DNA from: Nemertoderma westbladi
Taxonomy: Eukaryota > Animalia > Xenacoelomorpha
Reading direction: 5' to 3'
DNA length: 40,482 nucleotides
Assembly (NCBI GenBank): GCA_032718475.1
Contig: JAUCBJ010003303.1
Location: 1 to 40,482, forward strand
The position numbers were made by a program, and so were the translations under genes. The stretch's first letter is position 1. Every line of letters starts with the position of its first letter. Below the pieces are notes generated by a model, which was not told the origin of the DNA, made no database searches, and saw nothing but the letters and a program-made list of their open reading frames with translations. Below are positions 23,200 to 35,485 of this stretch, piece after piece.

Positions 23200-24472
23200 T
23201 CTCACTTTTGTCTGGGCCTTTTTAGCATATATAACGTCCATCGAAGCTTCTTCCATGGTGAAATACGGGCATTACTACACCTTGGGTACCCATAGTTTGA
23301 GCAATTTTAAAGGCTTTTATAATGACGTTTTTTCTAGAACAAATATTTGACCTTCTGAAAGTAGTTTTCCAAAAATTTTCTAGAAAAAAATGTGTTCTAG
23401 AACAAAAATATTTATCAAAATTGATAACTAACACTTGTTCTATAACATTTATAAAAATGTAGAAAAAACTTGCTAGTATAAAAAATATAAAATGTGTTCT
23501 AGAACAAAATAAGTGTTCAAGAACAATAAATATTTATCAAAATTGATAGCTAACACGTGTTCTAGAACATTTATAAAAAAATTAGCAAAAACTAGCTAGT
23601 ATTATAAATTATATATTTAATCTATTATCTATTGAAATGCAATATTATTATTAATGTCATGGAAACATTACTTTTTGTGTTGACTGACAAAGTGTTCTTT
23701 TTATGTCAAACTTGTTAACGACTTTGACTAAAAAAGTGCCTTACAACAAATAAAAAGTATATACAAATATACTGTATACAGTATAAATGAATAATAAAAA
23801 ACACAACATAAATAGTAAAAATATGTCATCTCACCTCCGTCCTCCTTATATTAGCTATTTTTCTAGAAATTAATTTTCATATATAACAAAATATTTTGTT
23901 CTAAAACATTAAAAAACAATTTTTAAATTTTTTCAATCTAATTTATTAACTAATTTACTTTAAATAATTTTTTACTCGCTATTAATAAAAAGTTAATAAT
24001 TTAAATAATTACCATGATAATTTGTTGTAATGGACGTTTTTTTTTAAAACCGAATACGTAAAAAAACGTAAAATAAATATAATTAAAAAAGTTCTAGAAC
24101 AACTAACAATATTTGTTCAATAATAATATTCTTTAACCAAAATAAATAAATGATATGGTTTAGAACATTAAAAAAAAACAAAGAAATAAAAAATTTGGAG
24201 TGGTGTGAGCCAAAAACACAGTACCGGTAGTACCAATGTTTGGTCAATCCGTGCCAATGTTTGGTTAATCCTGATTTCCCACTGGAGTCTGAAACTACAT
24301 TCATTTTGTTCGTTGAAAAAGTAAATTTATTGCGTAATTAGTATTCTGGATTCAAGAAAAAGGAGTCCATTCAGGCAAAATCCATTCGTCATCAAAATGC
24401 TTTCTCGCGACTAAAAAATAACAATGTATCTGGTTTTGGCGATTGTAGCCCTAATATTGATTATTTATGTAA

Positions 24473-25312
24473 TTATTTTAAAGTGGATACGACAATATTA
24501 CTGCCAGCCCCAGCGCAGGCTATATAGCGTCCATTGTCTACGGAATCTAGAACCCACACATGGGCCCCGATATCAACACTCCCGCAAAAATCCCCAGTCT
24601 TAAAATCGAATATCTTTAAATCTGGGGTTCCACTTCCTCCCGCAACCACAAAATTTGGCGTCGCGAACTTACATCCGTACAAATACTCCCCGGTAGGGGG
24701 CGCGTGGAAGGAAATGTCCCTAACCTTTTTGCACGAATCGATATCATATATCTGCAGACAGTTAATCTTACGCCAGGACGCGGTCACTATAAAATCGTTG
24801 TTAACGTCCAGTCCATCTCCTGCCACGTGTGGTCCCCTCACCGTCTTAACGACTCCGTTAGCAGTGCGACGGTCCCACATTTTAAGCGAATCGTCCCAAC
24901 CCGCAGTCACAAAGGTGAACGAATCGTTGGGCCGAAATCTCAAGGAGAATATCCGTCGTCCCGGGCGCGCCATCATGCAAGCCCCAACAGAAGGTTCCAT
25001 TCCGTCGTCCGCCGCCTGCCCCCCGTACGTGTGTTTCAATTTAAATGTTTTCGCGTCGTAGATTCGCACCTTTCTATCGGAGCCGGCGGTCGCGAACACG
25101 CTCGCGTCCGAGTTGAAGTCGAGGGTCATCCCGTTGTTCGGTTCTTCATGCGCGACTTCCACGAGCTTGTTACTCGGATCTAAGTCGCCTTTAAGCACGA
25201 TTCCCGAAGAACTGAGCGCGAGGAATATCCCCTCCGAGGCGTACTTTGGGTGGAACCGTATCGCTGTTACCGGCAGCCGGTCCTGTTGTCCTTCTTTGAT
25301 CATGAATATGTA
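24473..25312 (-). CDS. WD40-repeat protein, terminal exon (5' exons not located)
   Basis: WD blades such as LPVTAIRFHP, FATAGSDRKVRIYD, FVTAGWDDSLKMWD and IVTASW. A phase-0 splice acceptor ttttttcttatacAG lies at 25314-13 on the minus strand. Confidence 0.88.
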   Translation of the reverse strand, partial: YIFMIKEGQQDRLPVTAIRFHPKYASEGIFLALSSSGIVLKGDLDPSNKLVEVAHEEPNNGMTLDFNSDASVFATAGSDRKVRIYDAKTFKLKHTYGGQAADDGMEPSVGACMMARPGRRIFSLRFRPNDSFTFVTAGWDDSLKMWDRRTANGVVKTVRGPHVAGDGLDVNNDFIVTASWRKINCLQIYDIDSCKKVRDISFHAPPTGEYLYGCKFATPNFVVAGGSGTPDLKIFDFKTGDFCGSVDIGAHVWVLDSVDNGRYIACAGAGSNIVVSTLK

Positions 25313-25313
25313 C

Positions 25314-25545
25314 TGTATAAGAAAAAAATTGGACCGGGATTTTGGTACCGGGTTTTAGACATTTTCACTTTAAGACCGAGACCGGGTTTTAGTCATTTCA
25401 TTTTTGGGACCGCGAGTTTATGGACCAGGTTTTAGGAATTATTGGGACCGGGTTTTAGTAACGTTCACGTGGACCGGGCAAAAATTGGACCGACCGGGTT
25501 TTAGGGTCAATGGACCGAGACCGGGACCGGCCCGTGTTTTAGACA
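25314..25545. mobile_element. 232-bp TGT...ACA element with 4-bp GTAC TSD (Ginger-like MITE)
   Basis: gtac|tgtataaga ... ttttagaca|gtac; termini match 7 of 9; body made of ggaccggg(tttt) repeats. Confidence 0.55.
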
Positions 25546-25784
25546 GTACCGTTTAGATGGCCTTGCAGTAGTACCTGTGTAATAAACTGCCTAATTTGTA
25601 CTGTAATTTACACAAAGATAGTATTGGGTATCGGAATGTTGATATCAATGGGATCCCAAGGCGTACATTGACGTCACGACCAATCACATATCGTTTTCAA
25701 ATTTTGAATAATTTTTAAACTGAAAACACCAATATCTCGGGCTATTTTAGCATCTTATTAAATTCTGTAAACGCCATTGTGCTT

Positions 25785-28202
25785 GGGTGTTTGAAAAAGG
25801 TGGACTGGACACAGAAAACATGAATAATGGACAGACCAATCACGGGCGATTTGCGTCACACAGCAAGTCCACCTTTTTCAGCTGTGTTGTCCACCTTTTT
25901 CAAATTTGAATAAGGTGGACTGCGGACTGGTGACTGGGTTAAGAAAGAACAGGCAATGAATTGACCAATCAGATTGATTTGCACATTATAGCAGCTCTGT
26001 CCACGTTTTACAAAAAATTTCGGAAGGTTTTTATGGAATATTATTGTTATTATTATCCCATACTTACTGTCTGACTGTGACCAAACAAGTTGTCGAAATA
26101 GGCCTAGTTCAATAATATGGGGCGAGCCACGAAGTCTGTGAGCTGAGCCTTAGCCTTAGCATCCCCTAGACTAGCGACTTTGCGAATCTGCCAAGATCTA
26201 TACGGATCATGCTATGCGCTTGATTCATCTACACTGATCATAATACATTGTAAATCTGCTACGATCATAGAATGATCATACAAAATCTTTTAAGAATTTA
26301 CATATACAAAATATTGAAAAAATATTTATTTATTGAATGTATGGTTGCAATTTGTTAAATATCAAAACCATTTTTACATTAAAGATTATAATTATTGTCT
26401 TCGAAAGTAACTACATGGCTATTATATCTGCCACGATCAGACTACGATCAGGATGAGATCAGGCCAGATAATGAGGCTGCCCAAAATTTAAAACACCAGA
26501 GGCAGAGGCAACTGATTATTATTTTTTTGCCGTATTTGACTGACCAGAGTACTCTCTTTCACAGCATTTTACTTAAGATTACATATCATACGAAGATCTT
26601 TTCAGATCGTATCATGAACATATCATGATAATATCAAGTTAGAAATTATCAGTCAATAATTAATTATAAATTATCAATTAATAGGTATAGAAACAAAGAA
26701 ATTTATAAATATACTTCAATATGAATTATCTAATATGGTGGCCAAGTAGAGTAATTCTATTAATTTATATGAATCTAATATAAATTTATTGATATTAATG
26801 CAAAGTTAAATTGGCTTATTTTAAAACCAAATTGAAATTTGTTCTGATTAAATATAATACCATTACCACACAATATATATACAGATGGGGACAATAGGAA
26901 ATGTTAGGCAGATACTGTAGGTGTGTAGATGTTAGTTGTACAGTAGGATATGTAAGGTAAGATGTGTTAAGTTAGTTCTACATCCCCCACTGCCATATCC
27001 CCATAGTAAAAATCCACAGTGTAAACAGAAGAATGCTTAAAATTTTGTTTAATTATTGATTGAGAACTATTAAGATCTTTGCAGAACTTTGTTATTCATT
27101 AATTCTGCAAAGATCTGCACTGATATTACTAAAACTCCATAGATAAGCCGTGGTCTTACCAATCCTGCAAAGATCTGCACTGATCGTTACCAACCCTGCT
27201 AAGATCATAGAGCAAAGGTACAGTCCCAATCCCAATAAACATTAACTTGGTCGTTTTGGCGGCCAAAATGACCAAAATCGCCAAAAAAATGTTAATCATG
27301 CTGATAAGCAAGCTGATAATAAAGCAAGATGCTAATATCAGTGCAGATTGGTGATGTTGCAAGTCTAGGGTAATATTGGAACGTCAATATTCTAACTCAT
27401 TACAGTATAAAGTTAATTATAATAACTACCTATTGTACTGAGAGGGAAATATAATAAGCTGTATTTACCGTTCATCCTGAGATCTGTTATTAAACGACCG
27501 AGCGCAGCGAGGGAGGTAAATAAGTCCCCATATTTTGGGAGTGGCGGTTCGAAACCCTAATTCAAAGTGGAAATGGAGGCCCAAACCCTTTATTAAAACT
27601 GTCATGTAACCCCAACCTTAAATATTTTGGACTCTAAATTCCATAAAATTTCTTAGATTAGAGCATCGGGACTTTAAGGTTATAGGGTTACTAATGACAG
27701 TTTTAATTAGGGTTTGGGCCTGACCAACTAACCCAACCACAAAAATCAACCAATAAATCCAAGTTAAAGTGCTGTACGGTACGCTAGACCTACTATTATT
27801 AGCCTATGCTGTAAGTCTATAGGGGGGCAATCTGCGCGGGGGTGGGGTGTCTAGGACACCGACAGCATTCTTAATGCAGCTGCTTCCAGCATGCCCATTA
27901 TACAAATATAGATAGATAATTGAAACCTGAAAAAGGTGGACAGTCCAATCACTAATAAATAGCATTGCTTTAATACGTTTCTGATTGGTCCTGGACTATT
28001 ATATATGTTTTTGTGCATGTGTCCAGTCCACCATTTTCAAATACACATCTTATTCCCAATTATGTAACTAAGAAAGCGAAAACTTGAAAAAGGTGGACAG
28101 ACCAATCGCTACAATGCTACAAACTGCTTTACATAATACGTTTCTGATTGGTCTGTCCGTTGTCCATGTTTTCTGGGTCCAGTCCACCTTTTTCAAACAC
28201 CC
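25785..28202. mobile_element. Mutator-like (MULE) non-autonomous element
   Basis: ~58-bp TIRs gggtgtttgaaaaaggtggactggac...gaccaatca; 9-bp TSD attgtgctt at 25776-84 and 28203-11; repeated subterminal aaggtggac/ccaatca motifs. Confidence 0.9.
26164..27370. mobile_element. Possible nested TIR element with CCC...GGG ends (CACTA/EnSpm-like)
   Basis: ccctagactagcgac...aatctgc versus the reverse complement of the right end ccctagacttgcaac...aatctgc; internal aagatct/gatcat motifs; no clear TSD. Confidence 0.45.
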
Positions 28203-28265
28203 ATTGTGCTTCTGTGATATTATTGCATCTAATTAATCTGGTTTTGAATTTATGTCGTGAACCCC

Positions 28266-31200
28266 ATTGCATAGAAGCGGGACGCATAAGACCATAAATT
28301 GTAAGCATTGGCAGGCGTTACTTAAACAAGACCGAATAGCTTATACTGGAAAATTTGGACTATGTCACTGATGTGCGGTAGGAGGACACAGGAAGGACGA
28401 GTGTCAAGAACATCCGATCAAGTAAGCTGAGACTGACGGAACTGGAGGTCAGGCGATGGCGACGAGCACCACAAGGAGGAAGGGAACAGTACTACTGAGA
28501 GTAGTACCGGTAAGGGTGATTGGAGAAAACGGACTATCGGTTACAACACTGATGTTAGTCGATAGTGGAGCAGCATTCATGGTAACACGGATAGTTGGGT
28601 AGCCGAGAGAATAGGGTTGAAGACTAAGCCAAGTAAGATGGCGGTGACCACGATATCAAGCAAGGACGAGGTCATGAAGATGAGGATGGGATGATGTGAG
28701 ATAGGAGTGATAACACCAGGGTGTGATTATGGGGCTACCATCGAACCCATCCAATAAATGGATTCGATTAACATCAACGCCAGGCGACCTACAAAGATCG
28801 ATATCGAACAATATCGATGCCTGGATGGCATCAACTTTTCCGTGCCTGAACTGGAACTCATAGATGGCATGGATTGTCCGATTGCCCATGAGAGGCTACA
28901 AACTATTTTTGGCGACGACAGGGAGCGAGATCCGGTGGCCATTCTCATGCCATTCGGATGGACGCTCAGTGGCCCAATAAAGACGAGGACCCCATTTAGC
29001 GTATCCGAATCCTCAGGGTGCATGTTCACTGGGACAATGAGGGAGATGGAGGATGGATTGGCGGAGGAACAGCTTAAGATGCTGCTATGGCAGGATTTCG
29101 AGGGGTTAATGGAGATCGGGGTAGGAACCTCGGTACAGGACAAAGAGGCGCAGGACAGCATCAGGAGATCGATGAAGTGTGAGGGGGGGGGGGGGGGGGG
29201 TTGGTATACCATAGGAATGGTATCGAAGGAGCCAAAGCTGCCCTTACCGAACAATAAGAGAATGGTCGAGATGAGACTCCGGAAGTTAAAACAAACGCTT
29301 AGACGGAGTCCGGAGAAGAACGACTACATACATAAAATCATTAAGAAGTATGTAGATCGGGGGTGGGCTGTGGAGCTACCAGTAGATGAACCGGACACCG
29401 ACGGGACTTACTATCTGCCACTTCATGTGGCCCTAGATCCCAGGAAGGGCAAACTAAGGATGGTGGTTGAAGCCTCTGCCAAGACAAATGGCAAGAGCCT
29501 TAACAACTACCTACTAGAAAGCCCCAATATTTACAATTCGTTGATAGTTCTGTTGAGATTCAGAAATGGGAAACATGCCTTCACGTGTGATATTGAGGGA
29601 ATGTTTAACCAAGTGCAGGTATTTGAAGAGGATAGCAATAGTCAATGCTTCCTGTGGTACAACAGTGACGAAGAGCTGTCAGATATACATAGATACATAC
29701 ATAGATATAGAGTCTTCTTCATTTACCACGACCACAGCCATAAGAGATACAGTGGAGGGCAAAGAAGGAGAGTATAGTAAAGAGGCAATCAATATGATTC
29801 GACGTGTGATCTACGTGGATGATGGGATGGGTTCTCAAAACTCCATTGAGGAGATCGTCGAAACAGGGCGCGAAGTTCGCAACATCCTGAAGAAATCGGG
29901 ATTCAACTTGACGAAGTTCCAGTCAAACTCTAAAGAATTAATGGAAGCCATAGAGGATAAACTACCGGAGGTAAAAATTGGATAAACCTATGATGGTAAA
30001 CGATCAGATTATGGCGGACAGAAGAGTAGAATCGCAGCAGAAAGCACTAGGGATTGTATCGAACCGGGAGACAGATGAGTTGGAATATCATGTCAGGAGG
30101 GTGCCGGGATCCATACCAAGCGAGGCTATGTGTCATACATAGCGAGGATTTGTGATCCATTAGGGTTAGCATCCCCATTGCTAGTCACGGGGAAGCAGAT
30201 ACTTCAGAAGGTTTACAAGATCAAAGATGACTGGGATGGAGGTCCCGATATAAATAAGTAAACAGTGGGAGAAATGGACAGGCAGCTTAGAAGATATGGG
30301 AACTTACTATGCCACGTGTATACTTCCCGGATGGAGACATGAGTGAATTGGAACTACATATGTTCTCCGACGCATCCTTGGAAGCATATGGTGCTGCGCT
30401 TTATTTGGTACAGCGAAAGGGGACTCATAAGCCCAGACTAGTGTTCAGTAAAGCCAGGTCGACGCCACCAGATTCAGCATCAGTAACAAAACTTGAGCTA
30501 ACGGCTGTGAGATTGGGAGTGAGAGCGACAGCATATTTGGTGGATGCAATGCCAAGTATAGTGGAATCACACTACTAGACGGATTCCATGGTGGTGTTGG
30601 GATGGTTGCATAATGAAAAGAAGCGATATCCCATTTTCGTAACGAATTGAGTGGATGAGATAACAGCAACTACGGACTTGGACAAGTGGCACTACTGCCT
30701 GACTGACGACAATCCGGTGGACTTGCTATCGAGAGGCGTACAACGCCACGCTTTCTTGAGAAAACAAGAGTTGTGGCAGCATGGTCCACACTTCATCAAC
30801 GACAGGTCGAAGTGGCCACCGATGAGGAAAGTAGAGGAGAGGAAGTAGTGGTAGAGGATGAGGGAAATGAATCAGAGGGGGAAGAAATATTCAGCCAGTT
30901 AGTGAGGGAGATTAAGGAGGCACCACCTCGATAAGACAATAGAGTCTTGTGATAATCCAACAGATAGGTTACTCAGTTACAGCTCTAGCTGGTATAAGAT
31001 GAAGAAGCTAGTGACATATCTGAGGGCTTATGGAGAATTACTCAGGCGGGCTGGTACGGGTGGTAAGAATAGACCCACCATTGCATCTGGAAGGGGCGGC
31101 CAAAGCCGTGATACAATACAAACAAGGGAAGGCATTTGGAGACGAAGTTGACCGTGCTAGGAAACAGCAACGCCTTCGACAGGACAGTGAGATCAACGCG

Positions 31201-32391
31201 CTATCAACGCAACTGGATGAGGATAGAATCCTGGTCATGAACTCCAGGGTGGCTAATAACACCAGCTCCTTAACTCCACCGAAACCAATAATAATCCCTA
31301 ACAAATCACCGATAGTTCAACAGATTATATGGGATGCCCATAAGACCATACTACATGGCGGTACCAACCCAACACTTACCGCAATCAGGAAGAAATATTA
31401 GGTAATTCAACTTAGAAAGATGGTGAAGGCGGTAGTGGGGCAATGCCAGATACGCCAATCGATGAAGAAGGAGAGGGCCGTGCAAGAGATGGTGCCACTG
31501 CCAACTAATAGGGTGAGGCATCATGACCCACCATTCACACACTGCGGCGTGGACATGTTTGGGCCGTTAAAAATAAATCAAGGTGATGCGGCACACCGAG
31601 AAACGATACGTTATAATCTTCGTATGTAATAACACGAGGGCCATGGGGATAGAACTAGCTCAGGATGCTATGTCGTTCGCATTTATCAATGCGTTGGAAA
31701 GATTTGTGACCCGCAGAGGAGGAACGGTCGAAGTGTTATACTCTGACAATGGGACTATCTTCGTTGGGGCAAAAAACGAGTTAGTGGAGGCCCCTGACAT
31801 CTTGGAGGGAGAAGATGTTAAGGCAGCGATGAGGAGGCACCTGATTAAATGGGAATGGAGGATGCCATACGCGCCGCACACGTTGGGTTGCGTAGAACGC
31901 CTAGTCGGAAGCTCCAAGCAGCTGATGACCAAACTCATGAACAATCATATGGTGACCGAGGTTGGATTGAGGATGGTGCTGGCGAAGTGCGAGGGAATTA
32001 TCAACAGCCGACCGCTGTATCCCAAGAACGATGATCCAGAATCGCTGGAGGTTCTGACACCAGCACATCTTCTCGCACAAACTCGCGTCAGAGCTGGAAG
32101 GTGGCTTAGGCAATAGGTGCAAAGTATTGGAATAGGTGGATTCAAGAGTACCTGCCAACACTGCATAAGAGAAGCAGGTGGAGGAATAGTCTGAGGGAGC
32201 TCAGGAAGGGTGACTTAATAATCGTAACCAACGATACGATCATCAATAATCACTGGAGACTGGTAAGAGTAGTTGAGTGCTACCCTGGTGAGGATGGAAA
32301 GATTAGATCCGTGGAGGTTAGAATTGGAGGAAAGATTGGGGCGAAGGATAGGAAGACCTACAGAAGGGTGGTAGGAAAGTGTTGGCCCTAA
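28266..32391 (+). mobile_element. Bel/Pao LTR retrotransposon gag-pol, decayed and 5'-truncated
   Basis: Domains in order: gag CCHC remnants (C..CAVGGHRKDEC), protease LVDSGA (~28561), RT DIEGMFNQV and YVDD (29812), Pao RNase H ELHMFSDAS..AYGA and KLEL.A, DNP.DL.SRG, integrase H...HGG, GVDMFGP, SDNGT.F, G.VERLV, and the C-terminal PG.DG.IRSV domain. Many stops and frameshifts. Confidence 0.95.
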
Positions 32392-32646
32392 TTAGTTGTC
32401 TCGTCCAATAAATTGGAATGAGGGGGATGGGAATGAGGGCGAGACGCCCTTCCCACACAAAAGATAAAAATAATAAAATAAAATAAAAAATATAATTACG
32501 TACGTCTGATGGGTACGAACGTACTAACGTACATACATACATCTGATGAGTACACCTGTACCAACATAAGATTAAAAATGTAAGATTGTAACATTGTAAC
32601 ATAACATTGTAAGGCACCACCAGTCTGGTGAGAGAGAAGAATCAGG

Positions 32647-34680
32647 ATGGCAGAGAAGCTAGTTAAGAAGAGAAAGTCGGAGAAGAGTGGGAAAGAACTA
32701 CTAGTGGATTTCACGCTAAGACATCCGAAGAATAAGACGAGGGAATACTACAAATGTCTTCCGAAGAGTCAGAAAGCGCACGCGCTGCAAGATCAGTTTA
32801 GGGAGCTGCACGAGCGATGATTAGTCGGGACCTAAGGGACACTGTCATAGGATAATGCAGTCAACGAACATCTTCGTTACGTTGTAAGGGGGGACGAGGG
32901 TACTTTCGGGATACCAAAGTACGCGAGGGAACCACCTAGAAAAGAGTGGAGGGAGTTTGTGGATTCCATGGAGAGGGGCGGATATATGGTCCTAGACGAT
33001 GAGGGGACTGTAGAGGATAAGGATGATGATGATGAGGCGAGGAGGGGGCAGAAGGGTCGGGTAGAACTATATTGCTGCATTTAATGGCGCCGAATGGAGA
33101 TATTTTTCTGTTTGACCTAGGGATCTACGGTAAGAAGAGCGGACCAAAGTTGAACCATCTACCGGATGCAGTGCAGAAGGTAGTAAGGAGAAAGACTACG
33201 ATCAAGATCGGAACAGCGTTACGCAACGACGCAGAAAGGATTATTGGACCAGGCACCCCGAATCTTCTGGATATTCAGGTAGTCTACATGGCTATGATGA
33301 AACCGGATGGATTGGGATTGGTGGATAACACGGGACAATACGGAGCCATGGCTATGGGTCAGTTGATGGGACTCTTGTGCCACAAGCCGATGGTCTGGAA
33401 CAAGTTCTGAGAGGAATACTGGGCGGGACTTGTGAATTCACTCAAGTGGGGTTGTGACCGGGAAAGGACGAGTTTTATCACTTCCGAAAGGGGGCGATAA
33501 AGACATACCAGAAGAGATATATCTCACAGGAGGACTGGATAATGATAGGGTTAGTGAACCTATTCATAACGGTGGTCATCGGTTGAGAACCAACGGTGTT
33601 TCTACTAATGGGAGCAGCACTGAACCACAGGAGAGCCTTCAAGATAGCCTTAGAAGGACTTGTAGACCACCCAGGCCGGAAGGGCGAGTCGGTGTATTAC
33701 AATACCTGATATCTGGTGGACAGAGAAGTAGACGTACCATACAGACGATGGAAGAAATGTGAGGCGGATAGAGAGGAGGAAAGAATGCTAGAGGAAGTTG
33801 CTATGAAAGAGATGAGGGAGGCAGCAGGTAGAGAGGAAGATATAAGGGGAGGGGAATATGATTTCGAGGCCCAAGACTTGGATGAGTTGAGGTGGGACTC
33901 GGAGACCTCGGGTGACTTTCGGCTAGGGGATGAGGTGGATTGGATGGAGGAAGCGCCAATACAGTCGACATACCTGGGGGGTCTGAGGGTGACTTTGGTA
34001 GGAAGAGACTGAAAGTGACGGAGGGGTGGAGGGTTATGGGCGAGTACGGGACGTCATCATAAGTAGTGTTTGGGGAGTCGATGCCGAGGGAGGATGAGGA
34101 CATTGATATGGTTAGGGATGATAAGGTGGAAATGTTCACGTATCAACGGCTCCATAGACCCAGGAGGCTACATAGAGCCAAGGACGAGTTAGGGGGACAG
34201 ACAGTGATAGACAGTTGTGACTACTGTGGGAGACTAACCCATCAGCAGAAGAACTGTCTGTATAACTACCAGAAGGGGGCGACATTTCTATACTGCCGAG
34301 AGTCAACCCATAGGACGACTGCATAGCCCGAGGCTGCATCATAGGTGTAGCAAGTGCAAATTTAGAGGGGGCATTTAGAGCGCCAGTGTGACTGGATGGA
34401 TGACGAGGATAAATTCTGTATCTATGAGGAGTGGGCCAACATTGGAGTCATGACTAGACAAAGGTTGAAGGCCCAGGAGTTCCAGTGGGGGTTTTTCAAC
34501 ATCAACCTACAGGCGCACCAGGAGATTACCAAGAGGAGACTACTATTCACATGTCAGGAGGTAGCAACGGCGGCATCACATGGAGGGGTTATTAACACCC
34601 AAAGGTACCTCAACAGATGGTCACCTGTAAAAGCTTTTGCGGATATAACAAGTAATTTTTCTCCGCAATATACCGTGTAG
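32647..34680 (+). pseudogene. Extra ORF after pol: DEDD(y)/WRN-exo-like 3'-5' exonuclease, acidic linker and three CCHC zinc knuckles (frameshifted)
   Basis: YMVLDDEG (ExoI-like DxE, ~32995), LLHL....DIFLFDL, LP.AVQKVV....IKIG..LRND (ExoII-like), LLDIQ. Then CDYCGRLTHQQKNC, a degenerate (F)LYCRESTHRTTA* and a frameshifted CSKCKFRG/HLERQC. ExoIII is not cleanly resolved. Confidence 0.7.
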
Positions 34681-34818
34681 GTGTTTTAGCGGACATAACA
34701 AGCCATTTTCTCTGCAATATATCGTGTAGGTGTTTTAGCGGACATAAGAAGCCATTTTCTCCGCAATGTACCGTGTAGGTATTTTAGCGGACATAACAAG
34801 CCATTTTCTGCCGCAATG
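34635..34818. repeat. 49-50 bp tandem repeat, ~3.5 copies
   Basis: Unit aagccattttctccgcaatataccgtgtaggtgttttagcggacataac; it recurs from ~40356 to the window end. Confidence 0.92.
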
Positions 34819-35396
34819 CGCCTAATACTCTAAAAGACTGGGAATCAGATTACGAAATCTGTCAGCTGATTTACTGTAAACGTGGAACCTCTCTTTGTTC
34901 AGCTCGCTCAGCCAATCAGAGCGATTTTCATTTTATCTTGTACAGAGGCCTACGGAAAACCGTGCAATGCATTACGGTTTTTGTTTACCTTTTCCTGAGC
35001 CTCGGAACATCGGCTTAGAGATTCTTCTGTGCTTCTGTAGAAGTTTCAGACTTTGGCCAAACATTAGACGGCTTTGATTATAAGAACGTAAATCTATTAT
35101 CTGACTGGATGCATTACTGCGGTACTGCAACGCATTGCTGAACTCACTCGACTACTGTGCTTCTTTCACCGCATTATTTTACTTCTGTTTACTGTCTGTT
35201 ATTAATTGTTATATGTTGATGGATATGTTGTTATATTTGGAGAATACCGATAAATAATCATAAAGCCCCAATCTTCTTGATTACTGAAGGTAAGAGGGAC
35301 CGGTTATCTGTAGCAATTGCAACTTATATTATAGTGGTTTTTGTGTGAATTAAATGCTATTTCATAATCCCTACATGTGTCAGTTGCTATCCTCCT

Positions 35397-35485
35397 TATA
35401 TATAATCAAATTCAGTGACGGTCGGCAGATCAGTGTGCACGTGCAGCAGTGTGAAGTCGTGTGCAGTAGTGTGACAGATAATAAA
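35397..35485 (+). promoter_or_regulatory. Candidate LTR core: TATA, initiator and polyA signal
   Basis: TATATATAA 35397-405, TCAGT 35430-34 (~30 nt later), AATAAA 35480-85. LTR edges, PBS and PPT were not found. Confidence 0.3.

Noticed and set aside
21375-23350. ORFs of 590-630 aa, or a CRISPR array
   Set aside because: The ORFs arise from a stop-free 30-nt unit and appear in several frames on both strands. There are no unique spacers or cas genes, and the context is eukaryotic.
25550-25574. 25-nt microexon of the WD40 gene (cag|...|gtactg)
   Set aside because: Joining it to the 25312 acceptor puts a TAA in frame.
25647-28269. Outer TIR element (caatggg...cccattg) around the MULE
   Set aside because: Only about 7 bp of clean inverted match and no convincing TSD.
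32506-32565. Canonical hammerhead ribozyme
   Set aside because: The required GAAA after stem II is absent (TAAC, CAAC) and no stem III or cleavage triplet is evident.
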